DNA from: an uncultured Acidobacteriota bacterium
GTDB taxonomy: Bacteria; Acidobacteriota; Vicinamibacteria; Vicinamibacterales; UBA2999
DNA length: 64,000 nucleotides
Direction: 5' to 3'
Assembly (NCBI GenBank): GCA_963772065.1
Contig: CAVYVZ010000010.1
Coordinates: forward strand, 449,802-513,801
The notes under the pieces were generated by a model. The model was not told the DNA's origin and searched no databases. It saw nothing but the letters and a program-made list of their open reading frames with translations. A program made the translations under genes and the position numbers. Numbering within the stretch: position 1 is the stretch's first letter; each line of letters begins with the position of its first letter. Positions 9,450-21,735 of the stretch are shown piece after piece.

Positions 9450-10115
9450 CTAACGAACCGTCGCTGACGAATCGAGCCGAATGCGGACCACCGCGCCCGC
9501 CGGCAACTCGATGTCCTTGCCATCGGTCGCAGCAATCGCGCCGCCTGCGCCGATCACGGCGCCCAGAATCGCGCCCTTCACTCCGCCAAGAACGCCGCCG
9601 ATGATCCCGCCAACGCCGGCGCCGACACCGGCCGTCCCGGCCTCTTCGCGGATCCCTTCGCTCTTGAAGACTTGCGTGGCTGTGGCGCGAATCGGGACTT
9701 CGCGGCCGTTCACCACCATCTGATCGAACGAGAGCGTCAGGCTGCCGCTCCGGTCGATGCGGCCAGCTTTCTTCACATTGCTGACCACGCCTCGCACGGT
9801 CGAGCCTGACGGCACCAGCACGCGACCGTTCTGCATGAGGTCCACGGCTGTTGTGGCCTCGAATCGCTGCTCAACCGTCGCCGATTCTGAGCTCAGCGAG
9901 TTTTGCAGGCGGACGTCGAGCTCCTGCCCGGTCGGGATAGTGCCCGGCCGATCGTTGTTCACGGTTGTGGGCTGGCTCTGCGCCGTGCTGCTCACCTCGG
10001 ACGTGCTTGGCGGCGAATTCGGCGCCGTCGTCGGCCCGTTATCGCGCGTTGTGGCGCCACACCCGACAGCGCCGATTGTGGCCGCCAGCAGCGCGGCTCG
10101 AAAACTCAGGGACAT
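9450..10115 (-). CDS. Lipoprotein with C-terminal glycine-zipper
   Basis: AGGAGG lies 8 nt upstream of the ATG at 10115. It has the lipobox LAATIGAVGC and a Gly-zipper (GVGAGVGGIIGGVLGGVKGAILGAVIGAGG). The longer track ORF starting at 10460 is an upstream extension. Confidence 0.7.
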   Translation of the reverse strand: MSLSFRAALLAATIGAVGCGATTRDNGPTTAPNSPPSTSEVSSTAQSQPTTVNNDRPGTIPTGQELDVRLQNSLSSESATVEQRFEATTAVDLMQNGRVLVPSGSTVRGVVSNVKKAGRIDRSGSLTLSFDQMVVNGREVPIRATATQVFKSEGIREEAGTAGVGAGVGGIIGGVLGGVKGAILGAVIGAGGAIAATDGKDIELPAGAVVRIRLDSSATVR

Positions 10116-10221
10116 ATGTTCACTCCTCCTCATCGGAAACGCGTTCTTCCGCTTTGAGGATGGATGAAGCAACGAGGGTACCCGCCGCCGCCCAGCTCGG
10201 CTCCTGGGGCATACGGTCGAG

Positions 10222-12040
10222 TCACGCGCGCTGGGCCAGTGCGTCGTCGCTCGATGCCGGGGCCTCGGCGGTGCCGTTCTTGAACTGGAGCTCGTACAGG
10301 CGATGGTAGATGCCGCGCTGCGCGAGCAGTTCCTGGTGCGTGCCCGACTCCCGCAGCCGCCCCTTGTGCAGGACCAGAATCCGATCCATGTCCTGAATCG
10401 TCGAGAGGCGGTGCGCGATCGCGATCGTCGTGCGGCCGCGCATGAGAACGGACAGCGCATCCCGGATCAAAACCTCGGTCTCGGTATCGACGCTGGACGT
10501 CGCCTCGTCCAAGATGAGCACTTTCGGATCGAACGCAATAGCCCGCGCGAACGAGAGGAGCTGCTTCTGACCGACCGAAAGCGTCGCGCCGCGCTCGGCG
10601 ACAGGCGTTTGCATGCCAAGCGGCAGGCGGTCGATGAAGCCGTCGGCATGAACGGCGCGCGCGGCCCGGCGCACCGCCGCGTCGTCGATGGCCGGGTCGC
10701 CCAGCCGCACGTTGCTGGCGATGGTCCCTGAAAAGAGGTGCACGTCCTGCAGCACCAGCGCGAACAGCGCTCGCACGGCGTAGAGGTCCATGTCGCGGAT
10801 GTCCACGCCGTCAATCGTGATTCGCCCCTGTTGCACGTCGTAGAAGCGCAGGAGCAGATTGATGATCGTCGTCTTTCCCGAACCCGTGGCGCCCACGATC
10901 GCCACGCGCTGCCCCGGCTCGACGACGAAGGACAGCCCGCGAATTACCGGGTCACCCTCCACATAAGAGAAGGTCACGTCCTCGAACGCGATGCGTCCCA
11001 CGGCCCCCGCGGGACGCGCGACGGGCGCCTCGGGGTTGCGGACGTCGACCGGGGTGTCGAGGAGCTGGAAGATGCGCTCGGAGGATGCCATCGCGCCCTG
11101 GAGGACGTTGAACTTCTCCGACATGTCGCTGATCGGGCGGAAGAAGCGCTGCGGCGTACAGGAGAAACGCCACGAGGGAGCCGACGGTGAGCGTCCCCCC
11201 TTGGACCCACGCGCCGCCGAACCACAGGATGAGGGCCGACGCGAGCGCGCTGACGATCTCGATGAGCGGGTAAAAGGTCGCGTAGTAGAAGATCGAGTCG
11301 ATGTTCGCGTCACGGTGGGCCCGGTCGATCTCGTCGAACCGCGCGAAATCCTTCGCCTCCCTGCGGAACAGCTGCACGGTCGCCATCCCGGTGATGCGTT
11401 CCTGTAGGTACGCGTTGATCCGTGCGATCCAGATCCGGACCGTTCGGTAGGAGTCGCGCACGTTGCGGCGAAACCACTGCGCGACGAGCGCGATGAGCGG
11501 CAGGACCGAAAACGTGACGAGCGCAAGCCGCCAGTCCATCCACACGAGCACGCCCATGATGCCGATGAGCGTGAAGACATCGCCGAAGATCGACACCACG
11601 CCCGTCGTGAACAGGTCGTTGAGGACGTCCACGTCGGTGGTCACGCGCGTCATCAAACGGCCAACCGGGTTGCGGTCGTAGAAGCGAAGGTCGAGCCGCT
11701 GCAGATGCGAGTACACCTGCATCCGCAGGTCGAACATGATCCGCTGCCCGGTCATCTGCATCGTCCAGGTCTGGACGTACTCGAGGACGAACGACGCGAG
11801 CAGGGTGAGCAGGAACAGCGCCGCGATGCCACCCAGCCCGGAGAGGTCCTTCGCGGGAATGTAGTCGTCGATCACGACCTTCGTGAGATACGGCGGCGCG
11901 AGCTGCAGCACGGAGTGCCCGACGATCGCCGCGATCGCCGCCGCCACCGGCGCCTTGTAAGGGCGGAGGTACGTCAGGATCCGGCGCATCAAGCGCGCGT
12001 CGTAGGCCTTGCCGAGCACCTCTTCTTCGTGAATCGACAT
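10222..12040 (-). pseudogene. ABC exporter, fused permease/ATPase (MsbA-like), interrupted by one frame break
   Basis: The TMD frame (from 12040) reads ...[10 protein letters not shown]. The other frame continues [14 protein letters not shown] through Walker A (GATGSGKTT), LSVGQKQ and Walker B. The junction lies at about 11150-11158, and deleting one base restores the frame. Confidence 0.85.
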
Positions 12041-13779
12041 CAGGATGCCGCCAACTCTTCCTCGAGGAGCTGCTTTCGATAGAGCGCGGCATAGACGCCG
12101 TCCCGCGCGACGAGGTCGTGGTGCTGCCCGCGCTCGACGATGCGGCCGTGGTCGAGCACCAGAATCTGGTCGGCATCACGAACCGTGGAGATCCGGTGCG
12201 ACACGATGATCGAGGTTCGCTCGCGCATGACGCCGCGGAGCCGATGGAGGATCTCCTCTTCCGTGTAGGTATCAACCGCCGACAGCGCATCGTCCAGGAT
12301 GAGGATCCGCGGATCGACCGCCAGGGCGCGCGCGATGGCCGTGCGCTGCTTCTGGCCCCCCGAGAGCGTGATGCCGCGCTCGCCGACGGCGGTGTCGTAG
12401 CCCTTCGGGAAGTCCTCGACGTCTTTGTCGAGCCGCGCGATCCGGCTCGCGTTTTCGATCCGATCCCGCGACGGCGTTCCAGGCGCGCCGAAGGCGATGT
12501 TCTCGACCAGCGTGTCGCTGAAGAGGAACGCCTCCTGCGGCACGAACCCGATCGCGCCGCGCAGGACCGTGAGGGGAATGTGCCGCACATCCACACCATC
12601 GATGAACACCGTGCCGGGCGGCGGCTGGTGGAGACGCGGGAGCAGCGAGAGCAGCGTCGACTTCCCCGAACCGGTCGCGCCGACGATGGCCGTGGTCTTT
12701 CCGGCCGGGAAAACCGCCGAGACGTCGTCGAGCACCACCGCAGACCCAAACGCGAACGTCAGGTTCCGGATCTCGATCTCCCCTGTGATGTCGGCGGCCG
12801 CGCGCGCCTCGGCATCCGTGATCTCGGGCTGCATGTCGAGCACCGCGAGCATCCGCTTCCATGACGCCATTCCCCGCTGGAGCATGTTGGTGACCCAGCC
12901 GAAGGCGACCATCGGCCACGACAGCATCATCAAGTAGCTGTTGAGCGCGACGAGCTCTCCCACGGTGATGCGCCCGGCGACCACCTCCCGGCTGCCGAGC
13001 CAGAGCACGAGGAGCGCCCCGAGTCCCATGAAGACGCTCATGCTCGGGTAGAACGCACCCTGCAGGCGGATGAGCGCCCTGTTGCGCGTGACGTACTCCT
13101 CGTTCGAGACACGAAACCGGTCGAGCTCCGCCTGCTCCTGCCGATAGGCACGGACCACGCGCACGCCGGCGAGCGATTCCTGGGTGACCGCGCTCACGTC
13201 GGAGAGCTGCTCCTGGATCCGCTCGAAGCGCTTGTGGATCGCCGCGCCGAAGTACTTCACGGCTATCGTCACGAACGGCAGCGGAATCAGTGCGAGGAGC
13301 GTCAGGCGCGCATCGATCGACAGCATCAGCAGGATCGCGACCAGAAAGGTGAGGCTGGTGCTCGAGGTGTACATCACCGCCGGACCGATCATCATCCGGA
13401 CCGCACTGAGGTCGTTGGTCGCACGCGACATGAGGTCGCCGGTGCGCCGCTCCTGGAAGAAGGCCAGCGGCATGCGCTGCAAGTGCGCGAAGAAGTCGTT
13501 GCGCAGGTCGTACTCGATCCAGCGCGACGCGCCGATGACGACGCGCCGCACGAGAAAGCGGAACACGCCGCCGACGATCGCGAGCGCGAGCAGGGCGAGG
13601 GCGTAGAAGCGCACCTTGCCGCTCGTCACGCCGGCAAGGAGATCGTCGATCGCGTACTTCAGAACCCACGGACCCGCGAGCTGGATCGCGGTCGCCACGA
13701 CGCCGCACGCGAGTCCCGTCAGGTATGCGCGGCGGTAACGGGCAACGTACCCCAGCAATCGGCGCCACGGGGAGGGCAT
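12040..13779 (-). CDS. ABC exporter, fused permease/ATPase (partner of the downstream gene)
   Basis: It has six predicted TM helices plus GATGSGKST, LSGGQKQR and ILILDD. Its stop overlaps the downstream start (TGATG). Confidence 0.9.
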   Translation of the reverse strand: MPSPWRRLLGYVARYRRAYLTGLACGVVATAIQLAGPWVLKYAIDDLLAGVTSGKVRFYALALLALAIVGGVFRFLVRRVVIGASRWIEYDLRNDFFAHLQRMPLAFFQERRTGDLMSRATNDLSAVRMMIGPAVMYTSSTSLTFLVAILLMLSIDARLTLLALIPLPFVTIAVKYFGAAIHKRFERIQEQLSDVSAVTQESLAGVRVVRAYRQEQAELDRFRVSNEEYVTRNRALIRLQGAFYPSMSVFMGLGALLVLWLGSREVVAGRITVGELVALNSYLMMLSWPMVAFGWVTNMLQRGMASWKRMLAVLDMQPEITDAEARAAADITGEIEIRNLTFAFGSAVVLDDVSAVFPAGKTTAIVGATGSGKSTLLSLLPRLHQPPPGTVFIDGVDVRHIPLTVLRGAIGFVPQEAFLFSDTLVENIAFGAPGTPSRDRIENASRIARLDKDVEDFPKGYDTAVGERGITLSGGQKQRTAIARALAVDPRILILDDALSAVDTYTEEEILHRLRGVMRERTSIIVSHRISTVRDADQILVLDHGRIVERGQHHDLVARDGVYAALYRKQLLEEELAAS

Positions 13780-13805
13780 GGACCTAGTGTATAAGAGGGA
13801 CCGGA

Positions 13806-15632
<1,827 letters not shown>

Positions 15633-15664
15633 TGGACCCATCTCCACCGTCCGATACTGTCTGT

Positions 15665-16477
15665 ATGAAGTTCAAATTTGCCACGGGTGGTTTCATCGCT
15701 CTGGTCCTCGCATGCAGCGCCTCGGCGCAGGCCCAGTTCCGGGTCGAGGATCCACTTCCCCCGTCGGAGAAGTACCACGTCGAGTTTGGGATGACCTTCT
15801 GGTCGCCCGAGCCCGAAATGGTGATCCGCTTCGACGGACCGGCCGGGACGGGTACGGACGTCGACTTCGTCCAGGAATTCGGGATTGCGAAAAAGCGGTT
15901 CCGTGAATTCCGCGGGACGCTCAAGCCGGGCCGTAAGCACAAGCTCCGCTTCGACTACGTGCCGTTCAAGTACGACGCGGCCGCGACTATTCAGCGCACC
16001 TTCGTGTTCGGCGGCCAGTCGTTTACGGCCGGCGTGCCCGCCTCCACCGATGTCAAATGGGATCTCTGGAAGTTCGGGTACGAGTGGGACGTCTATGCGG
16101 GCTCAGGGGGATTCGTCGGCATCGTGGCCGACGTGAAGTACAACAAGGTGTCGGCGCAGATTTCCGCGGCCGGCCTCGGCACCGCGCTGGCGCAGGCGAA
16201 CGCGCCGGTTCCCGGCGTGGGCGGCATCGCGCGCGGCTACATGTCGAAGAACTTCTCCGTCACGGGCGAGTTCACCTACTTCAAGATGCCCGACAGCATC
16301 AGCCAGGAGATCGACGGCAAGTTCTACGACTTCGATGTTTTTGCCACGGTGAACGCGGGACGCAACGCCGGCATCCACGGCGGGTACCGATCGGTCACCG
16401 TCGACTATCTGGTTTCGGAAGACGCCGGCGCGCTGAGGATGAAAGGCCTGTACTTCGGCGGCGTCGTGCGTTTCTAG
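15665..16477 (+). CDS. Outer-membrane beta-barrel protein (hypothetical)
   Basis: It has a signal peptide (MKFKFATGGFIALVLACSASAQA), alternating beta-strand pattern and a terminal ...YFGGVVRF. Only the last 271 codons of the 797-aa track ORF are credible. Confidence 0.7.
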   Translation: MKFKFATGGFIALVLACSASAQAQFRVEDPLPPSEKYHVEFGMTFWSPEPEMVIRFDGPAGTGTDVDFVQEFGIAKKRFREFRGTLKPGRKHKLRFDYVPFKYDAAATIQRTFVFGGQSFTAGVPASTDVKWDLWKFGYEWDVYAGSGGFVGIVADVKYNKVSAQISAAGLGTALAQANAPVPGVGGIARGYMSKNFSVTGEFTYFKMPDSISQEIDGKFYDFDVFATVNAGRNAGIHGGYRSVTVDYLVSEDAGALRMKGLYFGGVVRF

Positions 16478-17200
16478 AGTTTACTCGCCAGGAATACCAG
16501 AGAACTCCCGAGAGGCAGCGTCACGCGTGATGCGAGCGCTGCCTCCGCCATCACAAGCCGCGTCAGCGCCCAATTGATCGGGGCGCTCGGCACCGAGATC
16601 TCCCGACCCGAGGCCCGCGCACCCCGCAGCCGCTGAAACGCTCTGACCGTCAGCATGAGTGGAAGCAGCGACGCAAAGGCGTACTGCGTGACAATCGGCT
16701 CCAATCCGCCGAGACGAAGCAGCTCGACCAGGCTTCCCCGCGTGTAACGGCGCACCTCCTCCGAGAGGAGCGAGTGATCGCCGTGCAGGACATCCAGCGC
16801 AGCGACACTCCCGACGAACTGCCCCCCGGCCGTCAGCACCCTCGATATTTCCTGCACCGCGGCGGCATCATCGGGGACGCACTGCAGCACGTCGAAGGAC
16901 GTGACGAGGTCGAAGGCGCCGGGGGGGAACGGGAGCCGCGCCGCATCGGCTTGGGCAAGCGGCCGCCCGGCGTGCTTCGCGATGGCGAGACCCGCGGCCG
17001 CGAGAATCGATGCCGAATGCCGTACCGTAGCGGGCGAGCTGCGGCAGGTTGTGACCGGTGCCACAGCCGCAGTCGAGCACCGAGAGGTTCGTACGTCCCG
17101 CGGCAGCGCGCTCGAGAATCGGGCTGACGAACTGCCGGAAGCCGCGAAACCAGAAGTGCGATGACTCGGCCCTACTCGTCAGCTGCAGTAGTTGGTCCAA
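16474..17200 (-). pseudogene. Class I SAM-dependent methyltransferase with one frame break
   Basis: The N-part ...VLDCGCGTGHNLPQLARYGTAFGID continues in the next frame as ...AAAGLAIAKHAG...LPFPPGAFDLVTSFDVLQ. The junction lies at about 17003-17009, and deleting one base restores the frame. Confidence 0.8.
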
Positions 17201-17205
17201 GAGAC

Positions 17206-17359
17206 GGCTTAAGGCTTAGGGCTCAAGGCTCAGGGCCTTGTCTTAGCGGGTGGCCGCTTCGCGGCCGGCTTTTTCGTCACCGACGTTCGCGTCCGGGCCT
17301 GCGGACTAGTGCCTTTCGCCTTGTCAGAGCCCTGAGCCGTAAGCCCTAAGCCCTGAGCC
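17206..17359. repeat. Inverted heptamer-repeat arms (17206-17237, 17329-17359) bracketing a 91-bp core
   Basis: The left arm is GGCTTAA GGCTTAG GGCTCAA GGCTCAG GGCC. The right arm is GCC CTGAGCC GTAAGCC CTAAGCC CTGAGCC. The core holds a GGCCGC-TTC-GCGGCC hairpin followed by TTTTT on the plus strand. Confidence 0.75.
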
Positions 17360-19512
17360 TTTCCGTAAAGCCGCCGATAGTCTTCGGCCGTGCCCAGGAT
17401 CTTCCTGACGTAGTTCTGCGTCTCCGGGAAGGGGATGTCGTCGATGAACTCGTCCTGCTGGATCCCGGGCCGCTCGGCGATCCACCGCGCGATGCGATGC
17501 TCTCCTGCGTTATAGCTCGCAAGCGCGAAGTGAGCCCCACCGAAGCGATCGATCAGGTCCCTGAAATACGCGGTGCCGATGCGGATGTTCGCCTCGGGGT
17601 CGGTGAGCGTCGCGGTCGACCGCCACCTGATTCGAAGCGTCCGCGCGTATCTCCGGCCGGTCGCGGGCACCACCTGCATCAGACCGTAGGCATTCGCGGC
17701 CGAACGGACATCGTGATCGAAGGTGGACTCCTGCGCCATGAGCGCGGCGATCATGTACGGATCCAGGCCGTGCGCCGCGCAGTACTTCTTGATGAGCGGC
17801 CAGTAGTCGAGGGGGAAGAGCACGCCCAGCAGGTCGGGCGGCAGGTCTTCCCCACCCGCGGCAAGATACTGCGGGTAGGCGCGCTTCATCGAGTTGATCC
17901 CGCGGCGCAGGTCGCCCTGCCGGTTGTAGATCCACCCGTAGGTGGCGTGAAGCGCCGGTGAATCACCCCACACGCGCTGGGCGTACTGCAGCTCGCGAAT
18001 CGCGTCGTCGTAGAGCTCGAGACCGACGAGCTGTCGGATCACCGCATCGGTCGGGACGTTCGCCGGACCGCTTCCGCCCGACGCGACGATGGAGGCCGGC
18101 GGCACCGCTTTGCGCTCCTCGAGAATGCGCGCCGAGAGCCGGCCGTAGTACGAATTGAGGTAGTCCGTCGCCACGAGGCGATAGCGGGCCATGGCGGCGT
18201 CGCGCTGCTCGAGCGCATCGTGCGATCGGGCCGACCAATAGAGCCACGCCGGACGGGTATCGGCGCGCCGCATGCCGGCGGCCGCGGCGTCGAACACCTT
18301 GATGGCCTCGGAGGGATTGCCGTTCTTGTACGCCCACCAGCCGATCTTCCACGCGGCGCGCTCGGCGTGCCGGCCTTGCGGAAAGCGTCGAGACAGCTCG
18401 CGGAAGATCCGATCGGCTTCGGCATCCTCGTCTTCGATGATGTAGTGGGAGGCGAGGTTGTTGAGCGTCTCCTCGGTCCAGGAGTCTTCCGGGAAGTCGT
18501 TGACGAGGCCGGTCGCCAGTGACACGTAGGTCTCGAGATCGCCGAGGGCCCGCGTTGCGGTGAGATGAAAGAACCGCGCCTCCGCCTCGCGCTTCGCGTC
18601 CTCGAGGAACGGCCGCAACGCGTCGCGGGACGCGCGGTGCCGACCGAGGAAGTAATCACATTCCGCGATGCGGAGCGCCGTGAGCTCCGCGTGATCGCCG
18701 CCGGCGGCCTTCATCAGCGGAGCGAACGCATCCCGAGCCTGCTGGTACCTGCGCGCTCCAAACAGCCGCTCGGCGCGGCCGAGCTCGAGAGCGAGGCGGT
18801 CGCCGGCAAGCGTGACCGGGCCCTCGAGCAGATCGAGCTCGAGCTTCGCGAGATCGGATTCCGCGCTGAACGGAAACTCGAAGTAGACCCGCCGATAGTG
18901 CGCGATCGCCTTGTCCCGGTCGCCCGCCTCCTGCGCGGTGCGCGCGATCTGCATCAGCACGGCCTCGGGGGCGGTGGTTTTCTCGCGAGCGAGCGACTCG
19001 AGCACCTCCAGCGCGCCTCGCGGGTCCTTGCGTGAGACCGCAACCTCGGCGCGCCTCATCGCCACCTGCTCGCCGAGTACGCCCTTCGGCTTCGTCGCGG
19101 CCAGCGCGGCCAGCGTCTTTTCGGCGTCGTCGAGCTGCTGGAGCCGGAGCTGCGTGAAGCCGGTGTAGTACCGCGCGTAGTCAGCCAGTGGCGTGGAAGA
19201 GAGGGCCGGCGTGCTCACAAGCGGCAACGCGGCGGTGTAGTCGCCCTCGCCGAACAGCTTGACGCCGCGCGCGAACCGCGTCAGTGGTGTTTCACCGCTG
19301 GAGGACGCAGATGTGCGGGCCAGAGACGACTCGGGGACGAGCCAGAACTGCGAGCGATGCGCGGGCAGCGGCGGGTGCTCGGTTGGCGCGAGCGAGCCGC
19401 CGATGATGCTCGCCCGCCGCGGCACCTCAATCTGTTGAGCAGTCGGTCTTCCGCCATGGCCGCCAACAGCGACGAGCCAGACGGCCGCGAGGATGATCAC
19501 CGAGTTCTTCAC
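17230..19512 (-). CDS. Soluble lytic murein transglycosylase (Slt70-like) with TPR/superhelical N-domain
   Basis: The catalytic motif is AQESTFDHDVRSAANAYGLMQV...SYNAGEHRI. The last ~45 codons read through the repeat element, so the true C-terminus is uncertain. Confidence 0.88.
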   Translation of the reverse strand: MKNSVIILAAVWLVAVGGHGGRPTAQQIEVPRRASIIGGSLAPTEHPPLPAHRSQFWLVPESSLARTSASSSGETPLTRFARGVKLFGEGDYTAALPLVSTPALSSTPLADYARYYTGFTQLRLQQLDDAEKTLAALAATKPKGVLGEQVAMRRAEVAVSRKDPRGALEVLESLAREKTTAPEAVLMQIARTAQEAGDRDKAIAHYRRVYFEFPFSAESDLAKLELDLLEGPVTLAGDRLALELGRAERLFGARRYQQARDAFAPLMKAAGGDHAELTALRIAECDYFLGRHRASRDALRPFLEDAKREAEARFFHLTATRALGDLETYVSLATGLVNDFPEDSWTEETLNNLASHYIIEDEDAEADRIFRELSRRFPQGRHAERAAWKIGWWAYKNGNPSEAIKVFDAAAAGMRRADTRPAWLYWSARSHDALEQRDAAMARYRLVATDYLNSYYGRLSARILEERKAVPPASIVASGGSGPANVPTDAVIRQLVGLELYDDAIRELQYAQRVWGDSPALHATYGWIYNRQGDLRRGINSMKRAYPQYLAAGGEDLPPDLLGVLFPLDYWPLIKKYCAAHGLDPYMIAALMAQESTFDHDVRSAANAYGLMQVVPATGRRYARTLRIRWRSTATLTDPEANIRIGTAYFRDLIDRFGGAHFALASYNAGEHRIARWIAERPGIQQDEFIDDIPFPETQNYVRKILGTAEDYRRLYGKAQGLGLTAQGSDKAKGTSPQARTRTSVTKKPAAKRPPAKTRP

Positions 19513-19517
19513 GCGAG

Positions 19518-21549
19518 CTACCCGAGAAGTGAGCGATCCCCGTCCGCCAGCGTGCGGACGAGCTCCTGCTCGAAAAAGTCCGACCGATCCCTGACCGCCT
19601 GGGGCACGCGCTCCTCATAAAGGCGCCGCGCGCGATCGATTTCCCCGCCAAGCCGTGACCGCAGGTCGCGGGAGCGCCGGCCCGCGTCGACCAACGGCTC
19701 GTGATACATCCGAATCTCCGACACGAGCAGACGCGCGTAGCGGCGCGCCGCATCCTCATCGCCGGCCGTGCCGCCGTGCTCGACCGGCCCGGGCACGACG
19801 CTGCGGGCCGAGCGCGCCGCGCGCGGCAGTGACAGGCCGGTCGCCTGCTCGACGGTCATCGCCTCGAGGGCGCGGCTGGTGTGCCGAGTGAGCACCTCCA
19901 GCGTGGCCGGCCAGCGGCTCACCGCCGAAGGCGCGGCCCCCGCCGCCCCGTCGGCATAGAGCACCGCCACGACGCGGCCGCCGACGGTAATGGGCAACGC
20001 CACGGCGTGCCTGGCACCGGCGGTCCGCGCGAACGACGGCAGTGCCGGCTGACGGCTGTTGGCTGCCTCGGCCGGTTCGACGGCCGCGCGCGACACGGTG
20101 ATACCTGTATTGACGACTGCACCGGCAAGGCCGGCCGCCTCGAGATCGAGATCCGTCGAGGGGTGGTCGCCTCCGAATCCTGCGAGCCGGCGGATTCGCA
20201 ACACGTTGCCCTTGACCACGAGCACGGCGGCGCGTTCGACGTGACGGGCCGCGCAGTCGGCAAGCGCATCGAGCGCATCGCCGAGCGACCGCGAATCATC
20301 CAGCCGCCGGATCCCGTCGACCAGGCGCGCCGTGTGCGCGAGATCGGCTTGATGCGCGTCGGTGCGCGTACAGGTCGATTGCCTGCTCGATCTTCTTGGC
20401 GGCTTCGGCATCGGCCGCTGCGAGCTGGGCGATGAGCACTTCTTCGGCTTCCGACCGCACCGCGCGAGCTGCGGCGTCGGCATCGGCCCGTACCGCTTCG
20501 AGTGTGGCTTGCGCCTTCTGCGCTTCGGCGCGGGCGTGATGGCGCACCGCTTCGATTTCCGCGGCCGCGGCACGGCTCGACGCCTCAGAGTCGGCGCGCA
20601 GAGCCTCGAGCGCGGCGTGCGTCTTCTGCGCCTCGGCGCGCGCCTCGCGCCGTGCCTCCTCGGTTTCCATTGCCGCGGCGCGAGTCGAGGCCGCCGCCTC
20701 GGCGCGAACCGCGTCGAGCGCAGCCTTGGCCTTCTCCGACTCGTCACGCGCCTGGCGCCGCACCTTCTCGGTTTCCGCGGCCGCCGCGCGAGCTGACGCC
20801 TCAGCGTCCACGCGAACCGATTCGAGCGCCGCCTTGGCTTTCTCCGACTCGGCGCGGGCGCGGCTGCGCACCTCTTCGAGCTGCGCTTCCAGCTCGCGCC
20901 GCGTTTCGGCGAGCCGCTCTTCGGCGAGACGCTCCACATCGTCAACCTGTGCGGTTGCGACGCGACGCGCATCCTCGATCTGAACGTGAGCGGTCCTGCG
21001 CTCATCTTCCACCTGCGCTTGTGCGGCTCGTCGCACCTCTTCGAGCTGCGCCCGAAGCGTCTCGCGCAAGTCGTTCACCTGCGCCTCCGCGGCGCGTCTG
21101 ATCTCCTCGGAGTGTTTGTGCGCCGCGGCGCGGATCTGCCCGATCTGCGCGTCCGATTCCTGGCGCACTTCGGCGGCCGCGGCTTCGGCGGCCTGCCGCG
21201 CCGCGTGCTGGACGGCGCGTTCGCGCTCCTCCACGGCCGCGCGCTGGATTTCATCGATGCGGCGGCGCGCGTTCTCGTGAAGCTCGGAGATCTGTGCCTG
21301 CACTTCCACCTGACGGCGCATGTCCGCCGCCGCACTCTCGGCGGCCTGTTGCTCGGCACGCTCGCGTTCGGCTGCCAGGAGGTTCTTCAGCGACTCGATC
21401 TCCGCCGCCGCGCTCGTGGCGCGCTCCCGTTCGTCGGCGGCTGTGCGCTTCAGCTCCTCGGCCAGAGGCGCGAATTCGCGTTCGAGCTCCGAACGGAACC
21501 CAGCCGTTAATCGCTCAAAGGTGTGGCGGAAGTTTTCGTCAAACGGCAC
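19518..21549 (-). pseudogene. Coiled-coil repeat protein with C-terminal GAF-like domain, one frame break
   Basis: The N-terminal frame (from 21549) is Ala/Glu/Arg coiled coil. The C-terminal frame carries a GAF-like fold (...AAVLVVKGNVLRIRRLAGFGG...ALPITVGGRVVAVLYAD). The junction lies at about 20358-20368, and deleting one base restores the frame. Confidence 0.7.
20428..20859 (-). repeat. Four tandem 108-bp (36-aa) coding repeats
   Basis: The units begin ARAESEKAKAALESVRVDAEASARAAAAETEKVRRQ / ARDESEKAKAALDAVRAEAAAS... / ARAEAQKTHAALEALRAD... / ARAEAQKAQATLEAVRAD... Confidence 0.85.
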
Positions 21550-21735
21550 AGCGTCCTCGCAGGCACATCATTATAAGACGCTAAATAGCTGATTCGCAGA
21601 GCTTTCGACCACTCTACGCGATGTTCGGACTCTACTAGATGTATCGGTCGAACTACTGAAGTCTTCGAGGGCCCTGTGGAGGCCGAACCCAACGCCGGCG
21701 CCTCTCTCCGCTGATCTTCGCGTACTATTCCGGCC

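Noticed and set aside
17252-17274. Rho-independent terminator call (plus strand)
   Set aside because: The hairpin-plus-T-run is convincing structurally. However, it lies inside a minus-strand ORF tail and no plus-strand gene ends nearby, so I report it only as part of the repeat-element finding.
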